From: Candidatus Omnitrophota bacterium | Lineage (GTDB): Bacteria; Omnitrophota; Gorgyraeia; VGKH01 | Assembly (NCBI GenBank): GCA_022703055.1 | Contig: JAKLEP010000002.1 | Span: 224,480-288,479 of the forward strand | Direction of reading: 5' to 3' | Length of the DNA: 64,000 nucleotides | In this document: piece by piece, positions 9,648 through 19,292 of the stretch | How the letters are laid out: every line of letters starts with the position of its first letter | Numbering within the stretch: position 1 is the stretch's first letter | Made by a program: the position numbers and the translations under genes | Notes under the pieces: model-generated | Database searches by the model: none | The model's input: the letters and a program-made list of their open reading frames with translations, nothing else | What the model was told of the DNA's origin: nothing

Positions 9648-10316
9648 CTATTTTGACTTGATGGCAACAACTTTGATAAAATCAGCAGCATCCTCTATTT
9701 TATCGGTAACGCCTTCCATATATTCTGCCAACTGATAAGAAAGTAGTAATGTTGGCGCATCCATTTTGGCTTTAATTATAGTGCCGATTAAGACTCTTTT
9801 TTGATCGTCTGCTTTGCTTTCGCAGGCCTCCACTTCGTTACAGTCAATTATCGCCTGCTTTAAGTCATTTTTCATAACCGACTGTATTCCCTCTCTTAAT
9901 TTAGCAATCGAAGTAAAAATCAAATCAGTTGCGACTGAAAGCTCATTTAATACTGCCTGCGGAAGTTTTGCTTCGATAAAATCCAGGATTCTTGCCGCAC
10001 CGTTGGTCCAGTCGGCGATTCTATCCAGGGATTTGACAAAATGCATTAAGTCTTCTCTGTCGGGAGGGACTAAAAGCCCCTCAGATAATTCATCAACCAT
10101 CTTTGACCTTAATGCGTCGGCCTGACGCTCGCACTCACGAACCATCTCTATGGCCTTCTTTTTGCCTTCGGCATCTCCTGCGATGTATGCCTGGATTGCC
10201 TTTTTAAACCATTCCACGGTCTGATAAGTTACCTCAACATGCTTATTGGCATCCTCTAAAATAAGCTGTTCCTGCTTCATCCCTAACCAACCCAAGATAT
10301 TTCTTGATTCTTTCAT
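9648..10316 (-). CDS. DUF47/PhoU-like protein, the partner usually found with Pit transporters
   Basis: 222-aa helical protein. It lies immediately downstream of the Pit gene (1-nt gap), which is the usual pairing. Confidence 0.75.
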   Translation of the reverse strand: MKESRNILGWLGMKQEQLILEDANKHVEVTYQTVEWFKKAIQAYIAGDAEGKKKAIEMVRECERQADALRSKMVDELSEGLLVPPDREDLMHFVKSLDRIADWTNGAARILDFIEAKLPQAVLNELSVATDLIFTSIAKLREGIQSVMKNDLKQAIIDCNEVEACESKADDQKRVLIGTIIKAKMDAPTLLLSYQLAEYMEGVTDKIEDAADFIKVVAIKSK

Positions 10317-10317
10317 T

Positions 10318-11304
10318 TTACCCTCCTATTTTAACAAAAAGGCCAATTAATTTTACTACTAAAAATGATATCGCGCCACTGGCAAACGGCGTCAGGCTCC
10401 ATGCGAATACAATCTCGCCAATCATTTTCTTATTAACCATCTTAATGCCTTTTACCAACCCCACTCCTACAACTGCCCCCACGATCGAATGGCTCGTTGA
10501 AACCGGTATACCAAATAAGGTATACAGATTGACATTCAATCCGCTTGCCAATTCCGCCACTATTGCCATCAAGGGAGCAAGACGTGTAATGCCGAAACCT
10601 ACAGTTTGAATAACCTTACGGCCGAAGGTTACAATTCCAATTATAATAGCAATTGCACCAAATACAGCTGCTTGCGGTGCATTCATTATCCCTGCACCGG
10701 TAATTACTCCGGTCGCATTGGCCACATCATTTGCGCCCCAGTTAAAGGCAAGATAAATACTGGTGGCAAATATAAAGAATACGATAACCGCGTCGTTAAA
10801 TTTTCTTGGCACGAAAAAATAAAAAATCCGCCTAAAAGGCCTGTACAAAATATACGCAATCACTGCCGCGCCCACCGGAGTAAGCACCCAGCAAATAAAA
10901 ATATCTAATAGTTTTTTCCAGATTACCGGAGCACCGAAGGCTAAACCCGCGCCGGCGACTGCTCCGACTATCGCATGGCTGGTAGAAACAGGCAGTCCCC
11001 TTAACGTCGCAATGAGCACCCATGTTCCCGCGCCAAAACAGGCAGCCAAAGCAATAATAACTGCAACCTGAGGATCCAAGGTATCTAACGGAACTATGCC
11101 CTTACCTATAGTCTTAATAACTCTTGATCCTAAAAGAATTGCGCCTAAAAAACTAAAAAAGCAGGTTATGATAATACCCTGCTTAACCGTCATCTTGCCC
11201 GAGCCAATATCTGCGCCGACGCAATTTGCCGCGTCATTTGCTCCGATGGCCCAGCCAATATAGCCACCCGCAAGAAGAGTAAAAGCTATTAATAATATAC
11301 TCAT
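10318..11304 (-). CDS. pit: Inorganic phosphate transporter, PiT family
   Basis: 328 aa with the duplicated PiT signature GANDVAN/GANDAAN and repeated PVSTSH motifs. Confidence 0.85.
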   Translation of the reverse strand: MSILLIAFTLLAGGYIGWAIGANDAANCVGADIGSGKMTVKQGIIITCFFSFLGAILLGSRVIKTIGKGIVPLDTLDPQVAVIIALAACFGAGTWVLIATLRGLPVSTSHAIVGAVAGAGLAFGAPVIWKKLLDIFICWVLTPVGAAVIAYILYRPFRRIFYFFVPRKFNDAVIVFFIFATSIYLAFNWGANDVANATGVITGAGIMNAPQAAVFGAIAIIIGIVTFGRKVIQTVGFGITRLAPLMAIVAELASGLNVNLYTLFGIPVSTSHSIVGAVVGVGLVKGIKMVNKKMIGEIVFAWSLTPFASGAISFLVVKLIGLFVKIGG

Positions 11305-11442
11305 CTACTATTATACCTTTTGAATAACAACAACGACTATATCAAGAATGGCTAGCGTTTTGCGTTGCCATTTATGTGGCGAATTAAACCCATATTAACT
11401 ATACCCAATACAAAACTTTTGTCAATAAAATAATATAAGAAT

Positions 11443-12714
11443 TTATCTATACCACACAAACCAAACAAATAAATATGCGGCGGTGACGGCTACTAAAGTA
11501 AATGGAATACCGATTTTCATAAAGTCTTTGAATCTTACTTCATATCCTTCCTTTTTAAGGATGCCGCAGGCCACGATATTTGCCGATGCGCCAATGGGAG
11601 TGATATTGCCTCCAAGGCTTGCGCCAATAAGCAGGCCAAAAAGCAATAGCGACGGATTTATCCCCAGTTTATCAGCTAAAGAAATCCCCACCGGAAGCAT
11701 CGCCGCCAAAAACGGCACATTATCTACAAAGCCCGACAATAACATCGAAAGAAAAACCAATATCGTATAACACAAGAATATGTTACCGCCTACGACTCCG
11801 GAAAGAAAGCTAGACAAAGTTTCGATCCAACCGGTTAAAGTAATGCTACCAACCAATACAAATACGCCCATTAAGAAAAAGGTGGTATCCCAATCAAGAG
11901 ACTTGATGCCGTCAAAAACTGGAGTTTTATTTACAAATTTCTCCCAAAGCATAGAGACAACTCCAAGTGCCATACAGATAATTCCCGCCATATAGGAAAA
12001 ACCAACATCAAAAAACGATGATAATGCCAATAGAATTACTAAGCCAACTAAAATAATTGTTGGAACAATTGATTTTACTTTTTCAACTCTCACCAATTGC
12101 ACTTTTTCTCTATGATGCCTGAAGATAAAATATAAAACCACAAAAGAAACCAACGCCCCTATCTCCACGGCAAAGAAAATACTTGGCCTCCCCCGATAAA
12201 AGAAAAAATCCATGAAATTCATCTTGGCAAAACCGCCCAAGAGCATGCTTGGCGGATCACCGATTAGAGTGGCGGTCCCTTGAAGATTGCTTGAGATGGC
12301 AATGCCGATCATCATCTTCATAGGATTGATTTTTAATTTCTTGGCCAGCGACAAAGCGATAGGCGCCACAATCAAAACCGTAGCCACGTTCTCGACAAAT
12401 GCCGAGATAAATCCTGTCAAAACACAGATAAATAAAATCGACCATGCGGTATTTTTGGCTTTATTGACTATAATCTCCGCCAGGTACGCCGGCATGCGGC
12501 TTTCCATAAAAATGTCGGCAATCACAAGCGTGCCGACAAAAATTCCCATGACATTCCAGTTTATAGCCCAAAACGCCTCTTTCGGGGACATGACCTTAAG
12601 AAGCATCAATAAAACCGCCGCAGAAACAGCAACAATAGTCCTGCGTCTGGTAAGCAAAACAAACAAAAGGTAAGACAAAAGAAAAATTATGAGGGCAACT
12701 GTCTTAGGTTCCAT
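11443..12714 (-). CDS. ArsB/NhaD-superfamily anion permease
   Basis: 423-aa polytopic membrane protein with the typical internal repeat organisation. The substrate is not inferable. Confidence 0.6.
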   Translation of the reverse strand: MEPKTVALIIFLLSYLLFVLLTRRRTIVAVSAAVLLMLLKVMSPKEAFWAINWNVMGIFVGTLVIADIFMESRMPAYLAEIIVNKAKNTAWSILFICVLTGFISAFVENVATVLIVAPIALSLAKKLKINPMKMMIGIAISSNLQGTATLIGDPPSMLLGGFAKMNFMDFFFYRGRPSIFFAVEIGALVSFVVLYFIFRHHREKVQLVRVEKVKSIVPTIILVGLVILLALSSFFDVGFSYMAGIICMALGVVSMLWEKFVNKTPVFDGIKSLDWDTTFFLMGVFVLVGSITLTGWIETLSSFLSGVVGGNIFLCYTILVFLSMLLSGFVDNVPFLAAMLPVGISLADKLGINPSLLLFGLLIGASLGGNITPIGASANIVACGILKKEGYEVRFKDFMKIGIPFTLVAVTAAYLFVWFVWYR

Positions 12715-12717
12715 CTA

Positions 12718-14085
12718 CTATTTTATTCCTAACGTCAAAACAAATATATCGTCTTTGAAATTATCGGTTTTAAAGGCGCTTAATTCATCCAATAATTTGC
12801 GGTTAAAAGCTTCGGGTTTTAAACCATGGTTTCTCTTAATAAATTCTTCCAGCCGCTCAATACCGAACTCTTCACCAGCCAGGCCCCTGGTTTCAATTAC
12901 TCCGTCGGTAAACATGAATAGTTTGTTTCCTCTTTCAAAATCCGCCTGATTTTGATAGACTGCGCCATCTTCGCCAAAAGACAAACCTAACAAAGCCGCC
13001 TGTGACCCCAAATAAAGCATGCTGGAATCTGTAGTCTTGTAGAAATACTGAGTGGGATGGGCATAATTGGAGTAAATAAATTTCTTTTGTTTAAAATCAA
13101 GGAGTCCGCAGAACGCGCTGATATACATGTTGCTGCCCTGGAATTCCCTGACGATAAAATTATTCAATTCTTTTAATAAAACACCCGGCTCTTTGCCCTG
13201 TTCAGCCAGCTGCTCAAATTCCGAATGGAACCTATTGACCAAAAGGGCCGCCGAAACTCCATGGCCGGTAACATCACAGATGATAAAGATCAACCTTTCG
13301 TTGTCAATGAAATGAAACCTGGCATAATCTCCGCCGATGTAAGACATGGGCAGATACATTACCGCAATATCCACCAAATCCGTTTCGATAGACTTGGGGA
13401 CAAGCGTCTGGTGGACTTTATTCGCCAACTCCAGTTCCTTCTCCATCTGCACATTCTTGGCTTCAACATCTTTTAGGAGCACAAAATTCTCAATATCTCT
13501 GCTCGATTCCCTTTCCCTGATAATCAAAACCAAAACAAAGGCATTGAGGAAAAACATAAGCCCGGTTACATATGTTGACCAGCTGAAACCCGCGCTAATT
13601 TCCTTGGGCATAGTTTCCTGCACATAGGAATACAGGTAGGAATACGCGGCAACATGCATTAAAGTAATCGGAATCGCCTCAAGCGGCCTCCAGGGTATAG
13701 TAAATGAAACCAGAAATAAAACCAAAAGATAAATTAAAGTTGCAACCGGAATCTGACCGGGATTTATAATATTTACCCTGATAAGAATCAATAAAAACAA
13801 AGCGGTAAATAAATAGGTGTTGCGCTTCGCATCCCTTATCGACCTGGCTCTTTTATTGAGCGACAATATCAAAAGGCCGCCCAATACAAGCGAACCCCAG
13901 ACATAAACCTCCTGAAGTTTGAATTGCTTAGGCAATAACAAAAAGCTTATAAGAGTTAAAGAAAAATAAATTCCGATAACCAGGCCGCAGAGAAGTTTTA
14001 CCCGGCTCTTAATAAAATCGGTCTGATTCATTAAGAACTCATCTTCGTATTTCTTCGGGATTCTGCTGAAGTATTTCTCTAACAT
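12718..14085 (-). CDS. Membrane-anchored PP2C/SpoIIE-family serine phosphatase
   Basis: 455 aa. The N-half has multiple TM helices. The C-half has PPM motifs (GGDYARF, DVTGHGVSAALL, FTDGVIE). Confidence 0.8.
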   Translation of the reverse strand: MLEKYFSRIPKKYEDEFLMNQTDFIKSRVKLLCGLVIGIYFSLTLISFLLLPKQFKLQEVYVWGSLVLGGLLILSLNKRARSIRDAKRNTYLFTALFLLILIRVNIINPGQIPVATLIYLLVLFLVSFTIPWRPLEAIPITLMHVAAYSYLYSYVQETMPKEISAGFSWSTYVTGLMFFLNAFVLVLIIRERESSRDIENFVLLKDVEAKNVQMEKELELANKVHQTLVPKSIETDLVDIAVMYLPMSYIGGDYARFHFIDNERLIFIICDVTGHGVSAALLVNRFHSEFEQLAEQGKEPGVLLKELNNFIVREFQGSNMYISAFCGLLDFKQKKFIYSNYAHPTQYFYKTTDSSMLYLGSQAALLGLSFGEDGAVYQNQADFERGNKLFMFTDGVIETRGLAGEEFGIERLEEFIKRNHGLKPEAFNRKLLDELSAFKTDNFKDDIFVLTLGIK

Positions 14086-14101
14086 ATTATTTTAAGCTTC
14101 C

Positions 14102-15250
14102 TCACCTTTTGGCATTCTCTTTTAAGGACAAGCTCTCTGCCTTCTTTTCTATGGATGACAACAAAGATGAAAATGAATTCTGAAATGCCACTACTCCGTC
14201 TTGCAATAACTTATCACAGACCCTGTTGACATCTATTCCGACGAGTTTTAAATCATTGATAATATTTTGCGCTTCTCTAAAATCATCTTTCAATGCCTCT
14301 TTGACAGCCCCATGATCTAAAAATGCCTCAAAGGTATTATCAGGCAGCGTGTTTACGGTATTCTTGGCGATGAGCTCGCTGGCATATTTGATATCGCTGT
14401 AAGCAGGATTTTTGGTGCTGGTTGACGCCCAAAGCACCCTCTGCAGGCGGGCTTTTTTTGCAGCGAGGCGCTTGAAATCATCAGAAGAGAAAATCTCTTT
14501 TGATTTCTGATAAATCAATGCCGAATTAGCAACCGCTGCTTTGCCTTTCAAAGAAAGAAGCTTGGTTTTCTTTGTCTGGTCACTTTCTCTAGCGATAAGC
14601 TCATCCAAGGCTTTATCCACAACCGAATCAATCCGGCTGACAAAGACGCTGGCCACCGAAGAAACCTTGCTTAAATCATTATTCTTCAGGGATAATCTTT
14701 GCATTCCCTTTAAAAAAGCCCTTGCGGTCTTGGCATACTGCTCGACGGAAAATATCAGGGTAACATTGATATTCATACCTAGCTCTAGAAGTTTTTCTAC
14801 CGCAGGGAAGCTTGCATCTGTGGCGGGAATTTTGAACATGACGTTAGTGCGGTTAACCTTGCGGAATAGTCTTTGTGCTTCTTTTAAAGTTGCCTCGGTA
14901 TCCGAGGCGATACGCGGATCAACCTCTAAGCTTACATAACCATTTAAGCCGCTTGAAGATTTATACACCGTACCAAACATGTCAGCTGCATCCTGAATAT
15001 CGCGGACGGTCAAATCGTCATAAATCTCAAATGTGGATTTACCTTGGCTTCTAAGCTTAGCTATTTTTTCGTCATAACTTTGGCTGGCGCTGATTGCCTT
15101 ATCAAAAATCGTGGGATTGGATGTAAGGCCTGATAAACCGCTTTCGATCATATCAGACAATCTGCCGCTCTCGATTAAGAATCGATTAATATTATCCAAC
15201 CAGATACTCTGTCCGAATTCGCTTAGTTTGTGAATTACCGTCTTTGGCAT
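14102..15250 (-). CDS. tal: Transaldolase, long form
   Basis: 382 aa. Motifs seen: GQSIWLDNINR, TSNPTIF, and a Lys-containing KIPAT. Confidence 0.85.
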   Translation of the reverse strand: MPKTVIHKLSEFGQSIWLDNINRFLIESGRLSDMIESGLSGLTSNPTIFDKAISASQSYDEKIAKLRSQGKSTFEIYDDLTVRDIQDAADMFGTVYKSSSGLNGYVSLEVDPRIASDTEATLKEAQRLFRKVNRTNVMFKIPATDASFPAVEKLLELGMNINVTLIFSVEQYAKTARAFLKGMQRLSLKNNDLSKVSSVASVFVSRIDSVVDKALDELIARESDQTKKTKLLSLKGKAAVANSALIYQKSKEIFSSDDFKRLAAKKARLQRVLWASTSTKNPAYSDIKYASELIAKNTVNTLPDNTFEAFLDHGAVKEALKDDFREAQNIINDLKLVGIDVNRVCDKLLQDGVVAFQNSFSSLLSSIEKKAESLSLKENAKR

Positions 15251-15261
15251 TTGTTTATTTC

Positions 15262-16731
15262 TTAGAATTCCGGGATTTCTTCTTTAACTGAAACTTTTTC
15301 CTTCTTGGCTTTGCTGCCTGGACACTGCAGCGGGCATTCACCGGTCCAGCAGTAAAGGCAAAGCTTTTCCCGCGGCATGCCAATTGCCTCAACCATATCT
15401 TCAACGGTTTGGTATCTTAAAGTCGTGACTTCGATATCCCGCGTAATCCAATCTACCATCTTTTTGTATTTTGCGCTTGTATGGTCGGTATATTCTGAAA
15501 CATCTTCCAGATCGCGGCCCTCGATACTTCTAATCGCCTTTCGGGCGGCAAGTTCGTGGATAGAACGCGTCGAGAAATTAAACCTGCAGGGGAACATCAA
15601 CGGCGGGCATGCCGGCCTGACATGCACCTCTTTTGCCCCGCAGTCCCATAATTTCTTGATGGTAAAATTCTTAAGCTGTGTCCCGCGCACGATCGAATCT
15701 TCGCAAACTACAATCCGGTTATTCTGGATAATCTCTCGTATGGGAACCAACTTCATCTTGGCGATTAAATCACGCGTCTCCTGCGACGGAGGCGTGTAGC
15801 TTCTGCCGTAGCCTGGCGTATATTTTACCAATGGCCTTCGGTATGGCTTACCGGATTCCTGGGCATAGCCGATGGCATGGGCAATTCCTGAATCGGGAAC
15901 GCCAGAAACCACATCTACCTCGATATCCATATCGCGCCTGGCCAATGATCTTCCCGATCTCTCGCGAACTGTCTCAACATTAATTCCTTCATAACTGGAG
16001 GCAGGAAAACCGGTGTAAATCCACAAGAAAGAACAGATCTGATTGGTATCATCCCCAGCTTTTTTCTGCACCATTCCGTTTTCATTCAATAAAACAATTT
16101 CTCCCTGGCCGACATATTTTACTATTTCAAAATCGGTATTAGGGAAAGCACAGGTTTCAGTGGTTACTGCCCAGGCGTCGGAATTCCTCTGTTTCCCTAC
16201 CACTAGCGGCGTGTATCCAAGCCTGTCTCTCGCCGCATAAACGCCATCCTTATTCAACAAAAGCAGTGAGCAAGAACCTTCGATAAGATCGAATACTCTC
16301 TCAATTCCGTCGATAATATCCTTGCCCTGGCTGATAATCTTGGCGATGAGTTCAGTGGTGTTGACTTTATCTTTGCTGACTTCGCTAAATGATTCGCCGC
16401 GTTTGAGCATTTGAGCCATCAGGTCTTCGCTGTTTTCTATTATGCCGTTGGTAACTAAACAGAAGGCGCCGAGTTTAGAATTCAGGTAAATCGGCTGCTC
16501 ATCAAGTGCGCTGATAACCCCGATTCCTTTATTGCCCTCCATGTTTTTGTAATCATCGAAAAAACGGGATTTAAACTGGCTCTGGCTGATGTTGTGGATC
16601 CGGCGGGTAAAATCTTTCCCTAAAACCGCCATGCCGCCATATTCAGTGCCTAAGTGCGAATGATAATCAGTCCCGTAAAGAAGAATCTGCGCACAATTTT
16701 CTTTTGATACTACTCCAAAAATGCCGCTCAT
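15262..16731 (-). CDS. Amidophosphoribosyltransferase (PurF)-like protein with Ser replacing the N-terminal nucleophile Cys
   Basis: 489 aa. It starts MSGIFGV where PurF has MCGI. The class II GATase fold elements and the PRTase loop (VVCEDSIVRGTQ) are present. The C-terminus has CLYCWTGECP. Confidence 0.7.
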   Translation of the reverse strand: MSGIFGVVSKENCAQILLYGTDYHSHLGTEYGGMAVLGKDFTRRIHNISQSQFKSRFFDDYKNMEGNKGIGVISALDEQPIYLNSKLGAFCLVTNGIIENSEDLMAQMLKRGESFSEVSKDKVNTTELIAKIISQGKDIIDGIERVFDLIEGSCSLLLLNKDGVYAARDRLGYTPLVVGKQRNSDAWAVTTETCAFPNTDFEIVKYVGQGEIVLLNENGMVQKKAGDDTNQICSFLWIYTGFPASSYEGINVETVRERSGRSLARRDMDIEVDVVSGVPDSGIAHAIGYAQESGKPYRRPLVKYTPGYGRSYTPPSQETRDLIAKMKLVPIREIIQNNRIVVCEDSIVRGTQLKNFTIKKLWDCGAKEVHVRPACPPLMFPCRFNFSTRSIHELAARKAIRSIEGRDLEDVSEYTDHTSAKYKKMVDWITRDIEVTTLRYQTVEDMVEAIGMPREKLCLYCWTGECPLQCPGSKAKKEKVSVKEEIPEF

Positions 16732-16740
16732 TATTGCCTC

Positions 16741-16860
16741 CTTATTAAAGACATAATTTAGCCTTACCGTTGGCAGGCTAAAGCGGGCTTCATTGTCCTA
16801 ACCTTTACCTGTCGGCAGACAGAATTTTTCTCACTGACATCAGCGTCAGTTTTATGACAA
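16741..16860 (-). promoter_or_regulatory. Structured leader upstream of the PurF-like gene: three hairpins, two carrying a repeated CTGCCNAC(N)GGTAA(A)GG motif
   Basis: Minus-strand hairpins are ACTGAC-GCTGAT-GTCAGT, CTGTC-TGCC-GACAG and TTAGCCT-(10 nt)-AGGCTAA. They are followed by AAGGAGG and the ATG. Confidence 0.25.
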
Positions 16861-16871
16861 TCTATATAATT

Positions 16872-17351
16872 CTAATTGAATCTATAAGCAATCCAATGGC
16901 CCAAATAATGAGTTATGACTATAACTGTCAAAGCGATAATAATGTGTTCCATGATTACACTCAAGGGCTTGATATTTTGTGCCTTTGCCATTTTGTAGCT
17001 TACTACAAATAATACTGATAATCCCCAGATTACATTTACTAAAACTGCTGTAGGAAGCTTAAATAGTAAGACCGGCACTACAAACGTCAAAGCAAAGATA
17101 AATTTGGACAGAAATGTCGATATGGTCGCAATCCATACCTGTGCAGGCGTATGCACGTTTTCCGATTCTTCCGACACATGGATGCCCAGCGCGTCAGAGA
17201 ATGCATCGGCAATCGCAATGGTGAGGATTCCGCCGATAACTACCAATTTTGAACCCGTGCCCGAATTCAGGCCCATCATAAGGCCAAGAGTTGTAATCAC
17301 GCCTGATGTTGCTCCAAAGCTAACGCCAACCTTTACTGAATGCTCTGACAT
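16872..17351 (-). CDS. VIT1/CCC1-family iron/manganese transporter, membrane domain only
   Basis: 159 aa. The segments GATSGVITTLGLMMG and AIADAFSDALGIHVSEES are typical of the VIT family. Confidence 0.65.
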   Translation of the reverse strand: MSEHSVKVGVSFGATSGVITTLGLMMGLNSGTGSKLVVIGGILTIAIADAFSDALGIHVSEESENVHTPAQVWIATISTFLSKFIFALTFVVPVLLFKLPTAVLVNVIWGLSVLFVVSYKMAKAQNIKPLSVIMEHIIIALTVIVITHYLGHWIAYRFN

Positions 17352-17361
17352 ATTTCCTCCC

Positions 17362-17913
17362 CTAAACTAAACTTGCCACTATTCCGCCTAAAACTACAAT
17401 ATCTTCTGTGGGAAAAATTTTGGTGATGCTTTTATCAAAAAGCATATTTGCTTCCGGGCCGAACTCGCTATCGCCGGCCCAAAGCGTAATCAATATCGGA
17501 ATTCCTTTAAATGCCTCAATCACTATCCCTGAGTCGCCGAACTGGACGGCCTTGGCGCTAAATTTCTCGACCGACTCCAGCAGGCTCTTGGGATTTGAGC
17601 CATATTTCCTTATTATCGGCTCGATTACCCGCTTTCTAAACGCCGGATAATACCCCTGGCCTCCGTCGAACTCCTGAAAAGATGCCCACTCGCTGGTAAG
17701 CCTGGGGATGCCTTTTAATTCCTGAATTAAATAATGTAAAATTAAGATGCTGTAGAAATCTTTGGCTTTTATGTTGCATGCCAAAGACAGAATTTCCCGC
17801 TTATTTACATCAATACTATATTCATCGGAAAGAAATTTGACTGAAAGCGAACTTTCTTTGGATAAACTTTTAAGCTCGCTCCAGGCTTTATCTAACGCAG
17901 GTTCATATCCCAT
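17362..17913 (-). CDS. Hypothetical protein, DUF3786-like
   Basis: 183-aa soluble protein. The family assignment is from memory of the general sequence pattern only. Confidence 0.35.
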   Translation of the reverse strand: MGYEPALDKAWSELKSLSKESSLSVKFLSDEYSIDVNKREILSLACNIKAKDFYSILILHYLIQELKGIPRLTSEWASFQEFDGGQGYYPAFRKRVIEPIIRKYGSNPKSLLESVEKFSAKAVQFGDSGIVIEAFKGIPILITLWAGDSEFGPEANMLFDKSITKIFPTEDIVVLGGIVASLV

Positions 17914-17946
17914 TTTACCATCTTTCCTGTAAAATCAAAAAACTTT

Positions 17947-18744
17947 TTACGGAATTACTAACTTCATTCCATCATATGCTGCCACCACATTGATGCCGGT
18001 ATTCGCCTTTAATTCTTCCGCCAGCTCATGCGGCTTGTGTTTGAGCATGGACATCCCAAAATGCGTCAGGATTGCCATGCTGGGATTGATATTGCGGATG
18101 ATCTGCTTGGCTTCCTCAAAATTCAAATGGTCAATCCCCGGGCGCGGCTCATAAAAGACTAAATTTATAATCACGATGTCGGATTTATAATAATCCTCTA
18201 TACCTTCGAAATAACGCGTATCGGCAATCAAAGAAACGCTTATTTTATCAAATAAAAACTTCAATCCGTAGGTCTCAACCGTATGCAAATGGCGTTTGGG
18301 CGTGGCAAATCTTATATTTTCGATGGAATATTCCTCGCCTTCTTTGAGATATATTATCCGGTCGGGAAAACTTTTGGTATGAGGAAGGATAACCGGCTCA
18401 ATTTCCAAGGCATCAGCCGGGACAAAAACAGTCCCTCTTTTTTTAAAGCCGCCTTCGGTCATGGCCTCAATCATCACGTTGATATCATTGGAGTGATCCA
18501 AGTGTTTATGGGTAAGGATTATTCCGTCCAGAGTTGTAGGATCCAATTTTGGCTTGCTTGCGGAACATCTAACAATACTTCCCGGGCCGGGATCAACAAT
18601 AACGTTAGTCCCTTTATAAGATACCCAAAGCCCGCCGGATGCGCGCAATTGCTTGATCATCACAAACCGCGCGCCGGCCGTGCCGAGGAATTTGATGTAG
18701 TTTTCAGAATCGGATTTCTTGATTTTTCTTATTACTTTAACCAA
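17947..18744 (-). CDS. MBL-fold metallo-hydrolase
   Basis: 265 aa with the HxHxDH motif (THKHLDHSND). Confidence 0.8.
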   Translation of the reverse strand: MVKVIRKIKKSDSENYIKFLGTAGARFVMIKQLRASGGLWVSYKGTNVIVDPGPGSIVRCSASKPKLDPTTLDGIILTHKHLDHSNDINVMIEAMTEGGFKKRGTVFVPADALEIEPVILPHTKSFPDRIIYLKEGEEYSIENIRFATPKRHLHTVETYGLKFLFDKISVSLIADTRYFEGIEDYYKSDIVIINLVFYEPRPGIDHLNFEEAKQIIRNINPSMAILTHFGMSMLKHKPHELAEELKANTGINVVAAYDGMKLVIP

Positions 18745-19205
18745 ATCCTCTTCAACTCCTCATTTATATGAAACTGGACTTCCGCGGGGATGTGTTTTTC
18801 GTCGTCTATTTCTTTGATGTGAGTTTTTGTCCCTTGCGGGATCAAAAACTCTTTAACCTTCATTGCCTTTGCCCCGCAATATTTGACAAAAAATATGATT
18901 TCCCTGTCGTCACTGACAACGACGATCTCTTTGGGATTCTTCGCACGCTCAACCATGCGCTTGATTTTATCATCGGCCGATTCATTTTTAGTAAAGATTA
19001 TTTCAGCTGACGCTGATGCATCCTCGCCAAAAACATCCTCTTTTCCGTCAAAGACAATTGTAACCTTATTTTTCCTTGAGCCTTGAGGATGCCTGGATTC
19101 AATAAACGAGATAAGCGCTCCCCGGGATGAATGAAGCTTCTTATTATTTTGTTTGGGCAGCTGCTTTATTATGTTGTATCCGTCGAGAATATAATGAATT
19201 GACAT
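18732..19205 (-). CDS. NYN-domain (YacP/Rae1-like) ribonuclease
   Basis: 157 aa. The start (YILDGYNIIK) and acidic residues (VVSDD) are typical of the YacP-like NYN family. Its 3' end overlaps the MBL gene start by 13 nt. Confidence 0.65.
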   Translation of the reverse strand: MSIHYILDGYNIIKQLPKQNNKKLHSSRGALISFIESRHPQGSRKNKVTIVFDGKEDVFGEDASASAEIIFTKNESADDKIKRMVERAKNPKEIVVVSDDREIIFFVKYCGAKAMKVKEFLIPQGTKTHIKEIDDEKHIPAEVQFHINEELKRIWLK

Positions 19206-19220
19206 ATGATTATAAATAAA

Positions 19221-19292
19221 AACGAAAAAGAAAAAAGGAAAAAGTTAAAGGAAAAAGCCAAAAGTTCAAAACTTTTTACTTTTAACTTTTGG
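19221..19292 (-). terminator. Rho-independent terminator, bidirectional in form, inside an A/T-rich imperfect palindrome of about 100 nt
   Basis: The stem CCAAAAGTT (19258-19266) pairs with AACTTTTGG (19284-19292). T-rich runs follow the hairpin on both strands. Confidence 0.55.

Noticed and set aside
16732-16871. A known purine-related riboswitch (guanine/adenine, ZTP/pfl, PRPP-ykkC) upstream of the PurF-like gene.
   Set aside because: The conserved core sequences I remember for these classes are not present. It is kept only as an unclassified structured leader.
18283-18771. 162-aa plus-strand ORF antisense to the MBL hydrolase gene. Similar long antisense ORFs occur at 3699-4127, 14541-14939, 15377-15799, 27934-28359, 34336-34851 and 12287-12673.
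   Set aside because: Each is fully contained in a well-supported opposite-strand gene with clear family motifs. None has an SD or a recognisable domain. Their composition is typical of shadow frames.
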